Assembly (NCBI RefSeq): GCF_021246445.1
Contig: NZ_JAJQXW010000002.1
Location: 434,001 to 498,000 of the forward strand
DNA length: 64,000 nt
Direction: 5' to 3'
Source: Rhabdothermincola salaria
GTDB lineage: Bacteria; Actinomycetota; Acidimicrobiia; Acidimicrobiales; Acidimicrobilacustridaceae
Shown here in pieces: positions 22,489 through 32,214 of this stretch; positions within the stretch are counted from its first letter, which is position 1; every line of letters begins with the position of its first letter. The notes below the pieces were generated by a model that was not told where the DNA came from, did no database searches, and saw only the letters and a list, made by a program, of their open reading frames with translations. Both the position numbers and the translations under genes were made by a program.

Positions 22489-23084
22489 CGGTGATCGTCC
22501 TGTTCGACGTCGACCCCGGTCTCCTGGTTCCCGTGATCGGTGTCACCCGTCGGTCGAAGGGTCCGGGCGAGCGCAGCGCGGCCCCGGGCGATGCGTGAGC
22601 GGACGGTGCCGGCGGGGAGGTCGAGCACCTGGGCGATCTGGGCGTAGTCGAGGCCGAGGACGTCGCGCAGCACGACGGGGACACGGAAGGCCTCGGGGAG
22701 CTGGGCGAGGGCGGCGTCGAGGTCGAGGCGGTCGCTCACCCGGTGGTCGAGGTCAGGCGAGTCGTCACGAGGCCGATCCCAGGCATCGTCGTCGGGGTCG
22801 CCGCCGTGGGCGGTCTGCGCCGGTCGCAGCAGCGGGCGTCGTCGCTTCCGGCGCAGCTCGTCGACCGCGGCGTTGGTGGCGACCCGGTAGACCCACGTGG
22901 AGAGCGCCGAGCGCCCGTCGAAGCGGGGTAGGCCCCGCACGATGGCGATGAGGGCCTCCTGGGCGGCGTCGGCGGCATCGTCGTCGTCGCCGGTGAGTCG
23001 TCGGCAGAGGGCCCAGACCTGTGGTTGGTGGGCGCGCAGCAGCGTCTCCATCGCCCGGGGGTCGCCCTCGCGGGCTGCGGCCAC
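22485..23084 (-). CDS. ECF RNA polymerase sigma factor (SigM-like)
   Basis: DAAQEALI..RFDGRSALSTWVYRVATN, region 4 LDYAQIAQVLDLPAGTVRSRIARGR. Upstream of trxB, like actinobacterial sigM. Confidence 0.9.
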   Translation of the reverse strand: MAAAREGDPRAMETLLRAHQPQVWALCRRLTGDDDDAADAAQEALIAIVRGLPRFDGRSALSTWVYRVATNAAVDELRRKRRRPLLRPAQTAHGGDPDDDAWDRPRDDSPDLDHRVSDRLDLDAALAQLPEAFRVPVVLRDVLGLDYAQIAQVLDLPAGTVRSRIARGRAALARTLRPTGDTDHGNQETGVDVEQDDHR

Positions 23085-23115
23085 GGTGGTCTCGGGGACG
23101 GTGGGGATGTCGATG

Positions 23116-24654
23116 TCAACCCGCCAGCAGGATGTCGGAGACCGTCACCCGCAACGGGTCGTTCGTGCCGAGGTCGGTGATCCACACCAGCACAGCGGCT
23201 CCGGTGGCCCCTCCGAGGTCGAGCTCGACGTCGCCATCCACACCGTCGGCCCTCGCGATGGGCTCACCCCAGCCGGCGAGGGTGGGGGCGACGGCGTCGC
23301 TCACGTACACCTCGACGGCCCAGTCCTGGCTGGGGCTGTTGACCCGGATCCGTTCGAGGGAGCGGGCCTCGGGGAGCGTGAGGGCGATGCCCACACCGGT
23401 CTTGAGGTTGCCGAAGGCCCGGTTGGGGTACGTCTCGGTGTTCCAGGTGGTCGAGGGTTCGGCGTCGATCACGTTGCCGACGGTGGCCTCGTGCTCGCCG
23501 GGCGTGCCGATGCCCTGCGGGTCGAAGGACGTGACCCCGCTCACCGCGACGAGAGAGGGGGCGGTGGGCCCGGCACCGGGTGCCCGCGACAACAGGTCCT
23601 CCCCGAAGTCGGTGCGGGCCACCAGCAGGGCCACCAGGACGAGGGCGAGGGTGACCAGCACGCCGCTGACGACCATGGCGGTGGGGCGCCGGGAGCCGGC
23701 CGCGGGGGGTGCAGGTCCCGTGGCGGGGACGGTGTCCCAGGGGCCCGGCGGGGTGGCGGGGGACGCGCCCGTGGCCCAGCCTTCATCGACGTGGGTGGCG
23801 ACGGTGGCATCGCCCTCGGGGCGCACGGCCAACAGGGCGGTGCGGAGGTCGTCGGCGCGGGCGAAGCGATCGTCGGGTCGACGGGCGAGCGCCCGACGGA
23901 TCGCCTGGTCGAGCTCGGGGGGTACACCTCGCACCCGATCCGCGAGGGGAGGGGGGTCGTGCTGCAGGCGGCGCAGGGCGAGGGCGGCGGGGTTGTCGCC
24001 GACGAACGGCGGCGATCCGCACAGCGCCTCGTAGAGCACCGCGCCGAGGGCGTACACGTCGGTTCGGGCGTCGACCGGTGCCCCCTCGACCTGCTCGGGT
24101 GCCAGGTACTTCACCGTCCCCAGCAGGGTCGAGGTCTGGGTCATGTCGGGCTGGTCGAGCACCTTGGCGATGCCGAAGTCGGTGACGAGCACCCGACCGT
24201 CGTCGGACAGCAGGATGTTGGCCGGCTTCATGTCTCGGTGCACGATGCCGGCGCGGTGGGCGCAGGTCAGCGCGGCGGCGACGTCGGCGCCGATGTGGAC
24301 CACTTCGACCGGGTCGAGGCGCCCGCCCCGTTCGTCGAGGAACTCGCGCAGCGTGCGACCCCGCACCAGCTCCATCACGATGGCTTCGGTGCCGTCGTCG
24401 TTGCAGGTGTCGTAGATGGCCACGATGGACGGGTGGACCAAGCGGGCCACCGACACTGCCTCGGAGCGGAACCGGGCGCGGAAGCCCTCGTCGTCGGCGA
24501 GGTGGGGATGGAGGATCTTGACGGCCACGGCGCGGCCGAGGACCTGGTCGGTGGCCTGCCAGACCTCCGCCATGCCGCCACGGGCGAGGACGGCGTCGAG
24601 GCGGTACCGCCCACCGAGCGACCGCCCGGGAGCCAGCGCTGGCGCGTCGCTCAC
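23116..24654 (-). CDS. Hanks-type Ser/Thr protein kinase with TM and extracellular C-terminal domain
   Basis: GGMAEVW, VAVK, HRDMKPAN, DFG, YLAPEQ, DVYALG, then a TM and a beta-rich domain. Confidence 0.93.
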   Translation of the reverse strand: MSDAPALAPGRSLGGRYRLDAVLARGGMAEVWQATDQVLGRAVAVKILHPHLADDEGFRARFRSEAVSVARLVHPSIVAIYDTCNDDGTEAIVMELVRGRTLREFLDERGGRLDPVEVVHIGADVAAALTCAHRAGIVHRDMKPANILLSDDGRVLVTDFGIAKVLDQPDMTQTSTLLGTVKYLAPEQVEGAPVDARTDVYALGAVLYEALCGSPPFVGDNPAALALRRLQHDPPPLADRVRGVPPELDQAIRRALARRPDDRFARADDLRTALLAVRPEGDATVATHVDEGWATGASPATPPGPWDTVPATGPAPPAAGSRRPTAMVVSGVLVTLALVLVALLVARTDFGEDLLSRAPGAGPTAPSLVAVSGVTSFDPQGIGTPGEHEATVGNVIDAEPSTTWNTETYPNRAFGNLKTGVGIALTLPEARSLERIRVNSPSQDWAVEVYVSDAVAPTLAGWGEPIARADGVDGDVELDLGGATGAAVLVWITDLGTNDPLRVTVSDILLAG

Positions 24655-24692
24655 GACACCACGTCGCTTCCCGGGCGGCTCGTCATCGGCGA

Positions 24693-25532
24693 TCAGGACC
24701 GCAGATAGCAGATCCCGATGACCGCGGGACCGCCATGGGTGCCGATGACGGCACCGATCTTGCCCAGGCGGATGGTGTCGCGCGGATAGCGGTCGGAGAT
24801 CATGTCGAGGAAGTCGTCGATGTCCGTGGCCTCGCCGTGCAGGATCGACAGCGACTCGACCTCGCCGGCCTCGTAGAGCTTGTCGCGCAGCGTCTCGAGG
24901 GCCCGGCGCCGGGTGCGAGGCTTCCCGGCCTCCTCGACGGCCCCGTCGACGATGCGGATGAGCGGCTTCACCGACAGCATCGAGCCGAGGAGGTGCTGGG
25001 CCCCACCGATGCGACCGCCCTTCTTGAGGTTGTCGAGGGTGTTGAGGGCGCCGTAGATGTCGGTGCGCGGGATCATGCTCTCGACCCGGGCGACGATGGC
25101 GTCGGCGTCGGCACCGTCGCGGGCCATGGTGGCGGCCTCGAGGACCATGGTGCCGAGGCCGCCGGTGATCGACCGGCTGTCGACCACCCGGACGTCGACC
25201 TCGCCCTCGAGGGCGCGCGCCGCCGCCTGGGCCGACTGCATGGTGGCGGAGAGGGCGCTCGAGAGGTTGATGCAGACCACAGCGTCGGCGCCGGCGGCCT
25301 GGGCGTCGCGGAACGCCTGCTCGAAGCGGCCCGGCGAGGGGGCCGCGGTCTCGGGGAGCAGGCCCGTGCTGTCCATGAGCGAGTAGAAGCGTTCGACATC
25401 GAGCTCCTCGCGATCGACGTACTCGTCGTCGCCGAAGCGGATGCTCAGTGGCACCACGCCGATGTCGAGCGCCGTGGTGTCGGCCTCGTCCAGGTCGCAC
25501 GAGCTGTCGGTCACGATGCGCACTCCGGCCAT
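24693..25532 (-). CDS. DegV family fatty-acid-binding protein (FakB-like)
   Basis: IVTDSSCDL, LSSALSATMQSA, VDSRS, LKKGGRIG, IGTHGGP. Confidence 0.93.
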   Translation of the reverse strand: MAGVRIVTDSSCDLDEADTTALDIGVVPLSIRFGDDEYVDREELDVERFYSLMDSTGLLPETAAPSPGRFEQAFRDAQAAGADAVVCINLSSALSATMQSAQAAARALEGEVDVRVVDSRSITGGLGTMVLEAATMARDGADADAIVARVESMIPRTDIYGALNTLDNLKKGGRIGGAQHLLGSMLSVKPLIRIVDGAVEEAGKPRTRRRALETLRDKLYEAGEVESLSILHGEATDIDDFLDMISDRYPRDTIRLGKIGAVIGTHGGPAVIGICYLRS

Positions 25533-25599
25533 GGGCCCCCCTTTCGTCGTGTGGTTGGAGCGTATCCCCGCTGCTCGGGCCCTCCCGGTCGTGGCCGAC

Positions 25600-27687
25600 T
25601 CACCGAGTGGGGTCGGGCTCACCGAAGACCGGGTGGTCCGACGCCACCAGCTGGCGGGCCCGGCGCACCTTGCGGAAGTGGCGGCCCCACCAGACGAGGA
25701 GGAAGACGCCGGCGCCGATGGACAGCACGAGTCCGGCTCCCGAGATGGCGGTGGAGCGCACGGTGAAGCTGGTGGAGGTGATGTCGAGCACCTCGTCGGG
25801 GGAGCGGACGCCCACCTCGAGGGGGAACGCTCCCGAGGCCCGGGTGGTGACCTCGACGTCGAGACGGGTGGTGGCGGCGGCCGGGAGCTCCACGTCGATG
25901 ACGTTGCCGGCCGGGAACTCGAGCTTCACGCTGTCGAGGACCAGGTGGATGCGCACCGGGTAGGGGAGCCGGTTCTCGAGGTTGAGCGGGATCTTCCCCG
26001 AACGAGAGGTCAGCGTCACGTACTGCTGCAGCGGCGCGACGATCTCGCTCGTGGCCGCATCGATGCGCGTCGTGACCGTGTCGAGGATGTCGGCGCGCTC
26101 GGCGGCGTCGAGCGAGATCGCGCCGGAGAGCAGCAGCGCTCGGGCGAGGCCTTCGGCGAGGGTCGGCGACGCGGGCTCGGTGAGCGACCGGTACCCGGTC
26201 ACCTGTCGCTCGGCGGCGCGCAGCTCGCTCGGATAGTCACCGAGCGAGGTGGGTGGGTCGCTGCGGTAGTCGAGGACGAGGTCGGTGGCTCCGCTCTGGT
26301 CCTCGGCGGCCTCGGTGACCCGGAACAGGTCGTCGAGGGTGACGGGGCTGACCATCGGGCGGCCGTCGGAGTCGGGCGGCGCCGGTTGGGCGAGCCCGGC
26401 GAGGAGCGTGGTGAGCGTCTGGGGGTCGGTGTCGGTGCCGAGGTCGAGGGCCACGCCGCGGCTCTCGCCGGGCCGGTCGTTGTAGAGCACGGCGAGATCG
26501 GCCAGTACGAGGTGGGCGTTGAGCACGGGGTCGTCGGTGGCGCGTAGGCGGCCGGCCAGGTCGGGGTCGGCGGTGACGGCGGACAGCGACGAGCCGTCGC
26601 CGACCGCGAGCTCGAAGACGTCGGTGAAGGTGACGTCGGTGGTGGGCGGGTCGACGAGCTGGTCGGTGGGCACGACGACCTGGTCGAGGCCGAGTCCGTC
26701 GAGGCGCCGGAGGGCCTCGGGGGTGAGCGTCGGGTCGGCCACGGTGGTGCGGCCGTCGGGTGTCACGCCGAGCAGTTCGGCGGTCGTCGTCGCCCCCTGG
26801 GCCAGCTGGACGTCGAGCTCGGGGTCGAGCCGGGCCGCCACCCACGCACCGAGGTCGAGCCGGACGTAGGGCTCGACGAGGACCTGGCGGCCGGCCAGGT
26901 GCCCGGCGAGGGCATCGACCGGGGAGGGGTCGGCGCTGCTCGTGGAGGTGCCCTCCAGAGCCGCCAGCACGGCGGGGACGGGATCGACGGTGAGCGCCAC
27001 CGAAGGGTGCTCGGTGAGGGCGTCGATCGTGGCGAGCGCCTGGGTGGTGTCGGCGGCGTCGAGGGAAAGCTCGTCGGCCTCGGTCGGGGTCACCGTCCCG
27101 CCGATGCCCAGCACCGTCCCGACGGCGAGGGAGGGACCTTCGGTGTCGTCGGTGGGGACGCGGATCAGATGGGTGACGAGGCGGGCCAGCTCGTCGCCGT
27201 CGGGGCCCATGGCCTTCACCACCACCGGGTGCACGCCGGGCCCCGAGAGCAGCACCCCACCCTCGGGCACGGGGCCGGTGCGGACCACGGGCACGGCGAT
27301 CTCGACCGCTCCGTTCGTGGCCCGCGGCGCGGTGTCGACCGGGACGGGGCTCGGACCCGGGCCGAGCGGGCTGGACAGGTCCTCCCCGCGGATCGAGCGC
27401 TCGAAGCGGATCCGCCCGATGGAGGCGGCGTGGACGTCGACCTCGATCGTGGAACCGGCGGGAAGCCCTTGGGGGAGCACCTGGATGCGGAACTCGCCGG
27501 TGGGGGCCGTCCACGGGGTCTGGCCGGCGAGGGTCAGGCGGGGCACGGTGCCGGTGGGGGTGGTGTCCTGGGCCCGGGCCGGGCGGGAGGTGGTCGTCGA
27601 CAGCGCCGAGGCGACCAGCAGGATCGCGGCGAGGACGAGCCACCGCCGCCCCCGTGTCGTGGGCGGATGGTCCGCGGCGGCGCTCAC
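25600..27687 (-). CDS. DUF6049-like secreted/membrane-anchored protein
   Basis: Signal peptide, C-terminal VTLTSRSGKIPL.LENRL...V Ig-like region and C-terminal TM. Conserved position near CCA enzyme genes in Actinobacteria. Confidence 0.75.
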   Translation of the reverse strand: MSAAADHPPTTRGRRWLVLAAILLVASALSTTTSRPARAQDTTPTGTVPRLTLAGQTPWTAPTGEFRIQVLPQGLPAGSTIEVDVHAASIGRIRFERSIRGEDLSSPLGPGPSPVPVDTAPRATNGAVEIAVPVVRTGPVPEGGVLLSGPGVHPVVVKAMGPDGDELARLVTHLIRVPTDDTEGPSLAVGTVLGIGGTVTPTEADELSLDAADTTQALATIDALTEHPSVALTVDPVPAVLAALEGTSTSSADPSPVDALAGHLAGRQVLVEPYVRLDLGAWVAARLDPELDVQLAQGATTTAELLGVTPDGRTTVADPTLTPEALRRLDGLGLDQVVVPTDQLVDPPTTDVTFTDVFELAVGDGSSLSAVTADPDLAGRLRATDDPVLNAHLVLADLAVLYNDRPGESRGVALDLGTDTDPQTLTTLLAGLAQPAPPDSDGRPMVSPVTLDDLFRVTEAAEDQSGATDLVLDYRSDPPTSLGDYPSELRAAERQVTGYRSLTEPASPTLAEGLARALLLSGAISLDAAERADILDTVTTRIDAATSEIVAPLQQYVTLTSRSGKIPLNLENRLPYPVRIHLVLDSVKLEFPAGNVIDVELPAAATTRLDVEVTTRASGAFPLEVGVRSPDEVLDITSTSFTVRSTAISGAGLVLSIGAGVFLLVWWGRHFRKVRRARQLVASDHPVFGEPDPTR

Positions 27688-28415
27688 GGCGTCGTCGCCG
27701 GGGTGGGTCGGCCGAGGGGGTGCTCGAGCACGGCCAGCCCGTAGGGCTCGGGGGTGAAGCCGAGGTGCTGGTAGAGCCCGAGGGCGCGCTGGTTCGTCTC
27801 CTGGGTGTTCACGAGCACGGACCGACAGCCGTGGCGGCGGCACCAGGCGAGCGCATCGCCGACCAGGGCGGTGCCCAGGCCTCCGCCCTGGTGGGCGGGA
27901 TCGACGGCGAGACGTTGGAGGTACCCGAGGCGTCCCGCTCGCCCGGTCACGTGGTAGCCCACCACCCGGCGGTGGGCGCCGGCCACCCGGAAGCGGTGCG
28001 ACGGGGTGGCGGAGCGGGCGTCGGCCAGGCCGGCGCGGTCGAAGCGCCAGAAGCTGTCGAAGGCGGCGCCGTCGACGGCCAGCACGGCGTCGAGGTCACC
28101 TCGTCGCCCCCGGCGGAGCCGGGCGTTCGGGGTGCGCGGCGGAGGGATCCGGTCGAGGGGGTGGCGCAGCAGGTGGAGGCGCTCGTGCACGGTGAACCCG
28201 GCGCGGAGGAACGGCTGCTGCTCTCCGTGGGTGAGCGCCGGGGTGATGACCGTGCGGTAGCCCTGCTCGACGACGCGCTGCAGGGCTTCGGCGAGCCCGC
28301 CCGGGGTGGGAGCCACGCCGGCGGTGGGGCTGAGCAGCGCCACGGCGTCGTCGCCCCGCCACGAGCCCAGGCGCAACCGGTCGGAGCCGGTGGAGAGGGT
28401 GTCGAGTCGTCGCAT
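27684..28415 (-). CDS. GNAT family N-acetyltransferase
   Basis: LQRLAVDPAHQGGGLGTAL (motif A), NQRALGLYQHLGF. Confidence 0.9.
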   Translation of the reverse strand: MRRLDTLSTGSDRLRLGSWRGDDAVALLSPTAGVAPTPGGLAEALQRVVEQGYRTVITPALTHGEQQPFLRAGFTVHERLHLLRHPLDRIPPPRTPNARLRRGRRGDLDAVLAVDGAAFDSFWRFDRAGLADARSATPSHRFRVAGAHRRVVGYHVTGRAGRLGYLQRLAVDPAHQGGGLGTALVGDALAWCRRHGCRSVLVNTQETNQRALGLYQHLGFTPEPYGLAVLEHPLGRPTPATTP

Positions 28416-28488
28416 GGTTGCCTTCGGCCCCTCACGATACGACGCTCGGCCCGTCCGCCTCCCTCGGCCTGCTCGGTAGGGTTCCCTC

Positions 28489-29502
28489 GTGACCGTCCTC
28501 GTCGCGACCCATCCCCAGTTCTTGTTGCACGACACCGGTCACGGCCACCCCGAGCGCCCGGCGCGGCTCACGGCCGTGATGGAGGGCATCGATGCGGCCG
28601 GGCTGCGCGATGCCGTGGTGCGGTTCGAACCGGAGCCGGCGTCGTGGGCGGCCATCGAGCGGGTCCACCCCGACCGGTACCTCCTCGGTCTGGAGGAGCT
28701 CTCCGCGATCGGTGGGGGGCACATCGACGCCGACACGGTCGTGAGCGAGGAGTCCTTCGCCGCCGTGCTGCGGGCGGCGGGCGCCGGACTCGACGCGGTC
28801 GATCGCCTCGACGCCGGCGAGGCCGACGTGGCCTTCTGTGCCGTGCGCCCGCCGGGCCACCACGCCACGCCCCGCCAGGCCATGGGCTTCTGCCTGGTCA
28901 ACAACGTGGCCGTCACGGCGGCGGCGTTGGCCGATCGGGGTGAGCGGGTGCTGATCGTCGACTACGACGCCCACCACGGCAACGGCACCCAGGACATCTT
29001 CTTCCGGGACCCGCGCGTCACCTACGTGTCCTTCCACGAGTACCCCCTCTATCCCGGCACCGGCGCCATGGACGAGACGGGTTGGGGCGACGGTGTGGGG
29101 ACGACCGTGAACTTCCCCATCCCGGCCGGGGCCACCGGCGACGTGCTGCGGCTGGGCCTCGACACCGTGGTCGCGCCGCTGGTCGAACGCTGGGCGCCCA
29201 CCTGGCTGTTGATCTCCGCCGGCTTCGACGCCCACCGTCGCGACCCGCTCACCGGCCTCGAGCTCACCGCCGGCGACTTCGCCGACATCACCGCGGCGCT
29301 GGTGGCGATGGTGCCCCGGGGCCGGTGCCTCGTGTTCCTCGAGGGCGGCTACGACCTCGAGGCGTTGTCCATGTCGGCGGGTGCCGCGTTGAGCGCGTTG
29401 GTGGGCGGCGACCATCGACCCGAGCCGGCCAGCAGCGGAGGACCCGGTCGCACCGTCGTCGAGGCCGTCGCCCGCATGAGGTCGGCCGCCGGTTGGTCCT
29501 GA
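28489..29502 (+). CDS. histone deacetylase family (Zn-dependent deacylase)
   Basis: HPERPARL, RPPGHHA, GFC..NN, DYDAHHGNGTQD, SAGFDAH..DPL, LEGGY. Confidence 0.95.
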   Translation: MTVLVATHPQFLLHDTGHGHPERPARLTAVMEGIDAAGLRDAVVRFEPEPASWAAIERVHPDRYLLGLEELSAIGGGHIDADTVVSEESFAAVLRAAGAGLDAVDRLDAGEADVAFCAVRPPGHHATPRQAMGFCLVNNVAVTAAALADRGERVLIVDYDAHHGNGTQDIFFRDPRVTYVSFHEYPLYPGTGAMDETGWGDGVGTTVNFPIPAGATGDVLRLGLDTVVAPLVERWAPTWLLISAGFDAHRRDPLTGLELTAGDFADITAALVAMVPRGRCLVFLEGGYDLEALSMSAGAALSALVGGDHRPEPASSGGPGRTVVEAVARMRSAAGWS

Positions 29503-29570
29503 CCGCCGCCGACCCCGGCGATTGCGTCGCCGGGGAAGGACCGGCCCGGACGCCGATAGCCTCGCCCGCC

Positions 29571-30962
29571 GTGATTCCCGACCGCCTCCAGCCCGTCCTC
29601 GAACGGGTGACACCTCTCGCCGAGCGCTTCCGCGCCGAGGGCTTCACCCTGTACCTCGTGGGTGGGGTGGTGCGCGACCTGTTGTTGGGTCGAGACCTCA
29701 CGGGTGGGCGCGACATCGACCTGACCACCGACGCCCGCCCGGCCGACACCAAGCGTTTGTTGAAGGGCTGGGCCGAGTCGGTGTGGACCCAGGGCGAGCG
29801 CTTCGGCACCATCGGCTGTCGCCGCGACGGCTGGGACTTCGAGATCACCACCCACCGTGCCGAGGCCTACGCGCCCGAGTCCCGCAAGCCGGAGGTGGTG
29901 TTCTCCGACGCCGTCGAGGCCGACCTCTCACGCCGTGACTTCACCGTCAACGCCATGGCCCTGGCCCTCCCCGAGCCCCGTCTGATCGATCCTTTCGGAG
30001 GAGCCGACGACCTGGCCGCCGGCCGCCTGCGCACCCCGTTGGCGCCCGAGGAGTCGTTCTCCGACGACCCGCTGCGCATGCTGCGTGCCGCCCGCTTCGT
30101 CGCCGGCTACGACCTCGCCCCCGACCCGGAGCTGCGGGCCGCGGTCGAGACCATGGCCGACCGTCTCACGATCGTGTCGGCCGAGCGCATCCGCGACGAG
30201 TTCGACAAGCTGATCGTGGTGCCCGACCCGGCACCGGGCCTGTGGTTCCTGGTCGACACCGGCCTCATCGATCGCTTCGTCCCGGAGTTCGGCAAGCTCC
30301 GCCTCGAACAGGACCCCATCCACCGCCACAAGGACGTGCTCACCCACACCATCGCCGTCGTGGGCAACACCCGGCCGGAGCGGATCGTGCGGTTGGCCGC
30401 GTTCTACCACGACGTGGGCAAGCCCCGGACCCGCTCGTTCGACTCCGGCAAGGTGTCGTTCCACCACCACGAGGTGGTGGGCGCCCGGATGACCCGCGAG
30501 CGGATGAAGGCCCTCAAGTACTCCGGCGACGACGTCGAGGCCGTGACCCGCCTGGTCTTCCTGCACCTGCGCTTCCACACGTACCAGATGGGTTGGACCG
30601 ACGCCGCGGTGCGGCGGTTCGTGCGCGACGCCGGCGACCTGCTGCCCGAGCTCATCGAGCTCACCCGGTGCGACTGCACCACCCGGAACGAGAAGAAGGC
30701 CCGGATGCTCTCCCGGCGCATGGACGAGCTCGAGGCGCGCATCGCGGAGCTGCGCGAGCGCGAGGAGCTGGCGTCGATCCGTCCCGATCTCGACGGGAAC
30801 CAGGTGATGGCCCACTTGGCGCTGGCGCCGGGGCGCGACGTGGGCGACGCGCTCGACTTCCTGCTCGAGCTGCGCCTCGAGGAGGGACCTCTCGGCGAAC
30901 AGGAGGCCTACCGGCGCCTCGACGCGTGGTGGGCCGAACGCCGGGCTGCTCCCGAGGGCTGA
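29571..30962 (+). CDS. cca: CCA tRNA nucleotidyltransferase with HD domain
   Basis: LVGGVVRD, DIDLTT, DLSRRDFTVNAMA, DDPLRMLRA, HDVGKP, HHEVVGA. Confidence 0.93.
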   Translation: MIPDRLQPVLERVTPLAERFRAEGFTLYLVGGVVRDLLLGRDLTGGRDIDLTTDARPADTKRLLKGWAESVWTQGERFGTIGCRRDGWDFEITTHRAEAYAPESRKPEVVFSDAVEADLSRRDFTVNAMALALPEPRLIDPFGGADDLAAGRLRTPLAPEESFSDDPLRMLRAARFVAGYDLAPDPELRAAVETMADRLTIVSAERIRDEFDKLIVVPDPAPGLWFLVDTGLIDRFVPEFGKLRLEQDPIHRHKDVLTHTIAVVGNTRPERIVRLAAFYHDVGKPRTRSFDSGKVSFHHHEVVGARMTRERMKALKYSGDDVEAVTRLVFLHLRFHTYQMGWTDAAVRRFVRDAGDLLPELIELTRCDCTTRNEKKARMLSRRMDELEARIAELREREELASIRPDLDGNQVMAHLALAPGRDVGDALDFLLELRLEEGPLGEQEAYRRLDAWWAERRAAPEG

Positions 30963-31011
30963 GACAGGGCCGGTGCCCGGAGGGCGTCGACCGGTGCCTG
31001 AGGGGCCAGCG

Positions 31012-31722
31012 TCAGATGCCTTCCTTGCGGGCCCGGACCACCAGCGTGGCCGGCACCCTGGTCATGGCCTCGCTCCAGAAGGGACCACGGGCGACGCTGT
31101 CGGTGGGGGCCGGTTCGAGCACGTTGTCGACCCTGAAGTTGGCCCGGTGCAGGCTGGCGAACACCTCGGCCACGGAGCGGGGGTGGACGACGACGTCGCC
31201 GTCGGCGCGCGCCGAACGGTCGAGGTAGCCGTGGGTGATGCGGAAGGGGTCGTCGTCGGAGGCGTCGAGCATGCAGAACGCCGGATGGGGCAACGAGCAC
31301 ACGAACGTGCCCCCGGTGCGCAGCACCCGGTGGGCCTGGCGCAGGACCCGGTCGAGGTCGCCGACGCGTCCGAGCTCGTAGACGGACAACGCGGCGTCGA
31401 CGGTGTCGGCTCGGATGAAGGCCAGCTCGGCGAGATCGCCGTGGTGGAGCTCGAGGCGTCGTTCGTGGCGCTCGGCCAGGTCGCGGGCCCCTTCGAGGGC
31501 ATCGTGGTCGGGATCGACCACGATGACGTGGGCACCCTGGCCGGCGAGGGCCACGGCGCCGTGACCGCCACCCGCCCCGAGGACGATGACGCGCTTGGTG
31601 TCGAGCGAGCCGAGGAGGCGGAGGGACCGTTCGTCGGGGATGTCGGGGCCGTAGCTCACGACATCGCTGGGAAGGCCGTGGTCCCCGGCAGGGAAGGCGG
31701 CGGCGGCGCTGGGCTCGGGCAT
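31012..31722 (-). CDS. class I SAM-dependent methyltransferase
   Basis: VIVLGAGGG motif I, HRVLRTGG.FV.SLPHP. Confidence 0.85.
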   Translation of the reverse strand: MPEPSAAAAFPAGDHGLPSDVVSYGPDIPDERSLRLLGSLDTKRVIVLGAGGGHGAVALAGQGAHVIVVDPDHDALEGARDLAERHERRLELHHGDLAELAFIRADTVDAALSVYELGRVGDLDRVLRQAHRVLRTGGTFVCSLPHPAFCMLDASDDDPFRITHGYLDRSARADGDVVVHPRSVAEVFASLHRANFRVDNVLEPAPTDSVARGPFWSEAMTRVPATLVVRARKEGI

Positions 31723-31812
31723 GCGACGCAGTCTCCCAGACGGGACCACCGGGACCGTGGAACACCTGGCCCGAGGCCGTTGCGGGCAGCGGCGTGGATA
31801 GCCTCTGGCGTC

Positions 31813-32211
31813 GTGAGCTTCGGACCGGGTTCGATCCAGGGGGCGACGTCCCCGGGCGAGATCGACTACCGGCTCGCGCGCCAGCACCTGGTGGCCGAGT
31901 TCAGGCGCGGGCGCCTGGCCCAGCACGAGGTCTGCGATGCCCACCCCGAGCTGGTGCGAGCAGCCCGAGAGGTGGGCGAGACGTCGCGCATCGACTGCCC
32001 CATCTGCGAGGACGACAAGCTGGTGCTGGTCTCCTACGTGTTCGGGCCCCGCCTGCCCAGCTACGGCCGGTGCATCACGTCGGCCAAGGAGCTGAAGGCG
32101 CTGGCGCGCCGGTCCGGCGAGTTCTCCTGCTACGTGGTCGAGGTCTGCCCCTCCTGCCACTGGAACCACCTGGCGCGCACGTTCGTGCTGAACCCGGCCC
32201 GCTCCGCCTGA
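31813..32211 (+). CDS. DUF5318 family protein (Cys-rich)
   Basis: IDYRLAR, EVCDAHPEL, CPIC, YVVEVCPSCHWNHL. Directly upstream of a class A PBP, as in other Actinobacteria. Confidence 0.88.
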   Translation: MSFGPGSIQGATSPGEIDYRLARQHLVAEFRRGRLAQHEVCDAHPELVRAAREVGETSRIDCPICEDDKLVLVSYVFGPRLPSYGRCITSAKELKALARRSGEFSCYVVEVCPSCHWNHLARTFVLNPARSA

Positions 32212-32214
32212 TCC

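Noticed and set aside
23116..25500. 794-aa ORF implying a long N-terminal extension of the kinase
   Set aside because: The extension is an alternative frame of degV. Kinase homology starts near GTG 24654.
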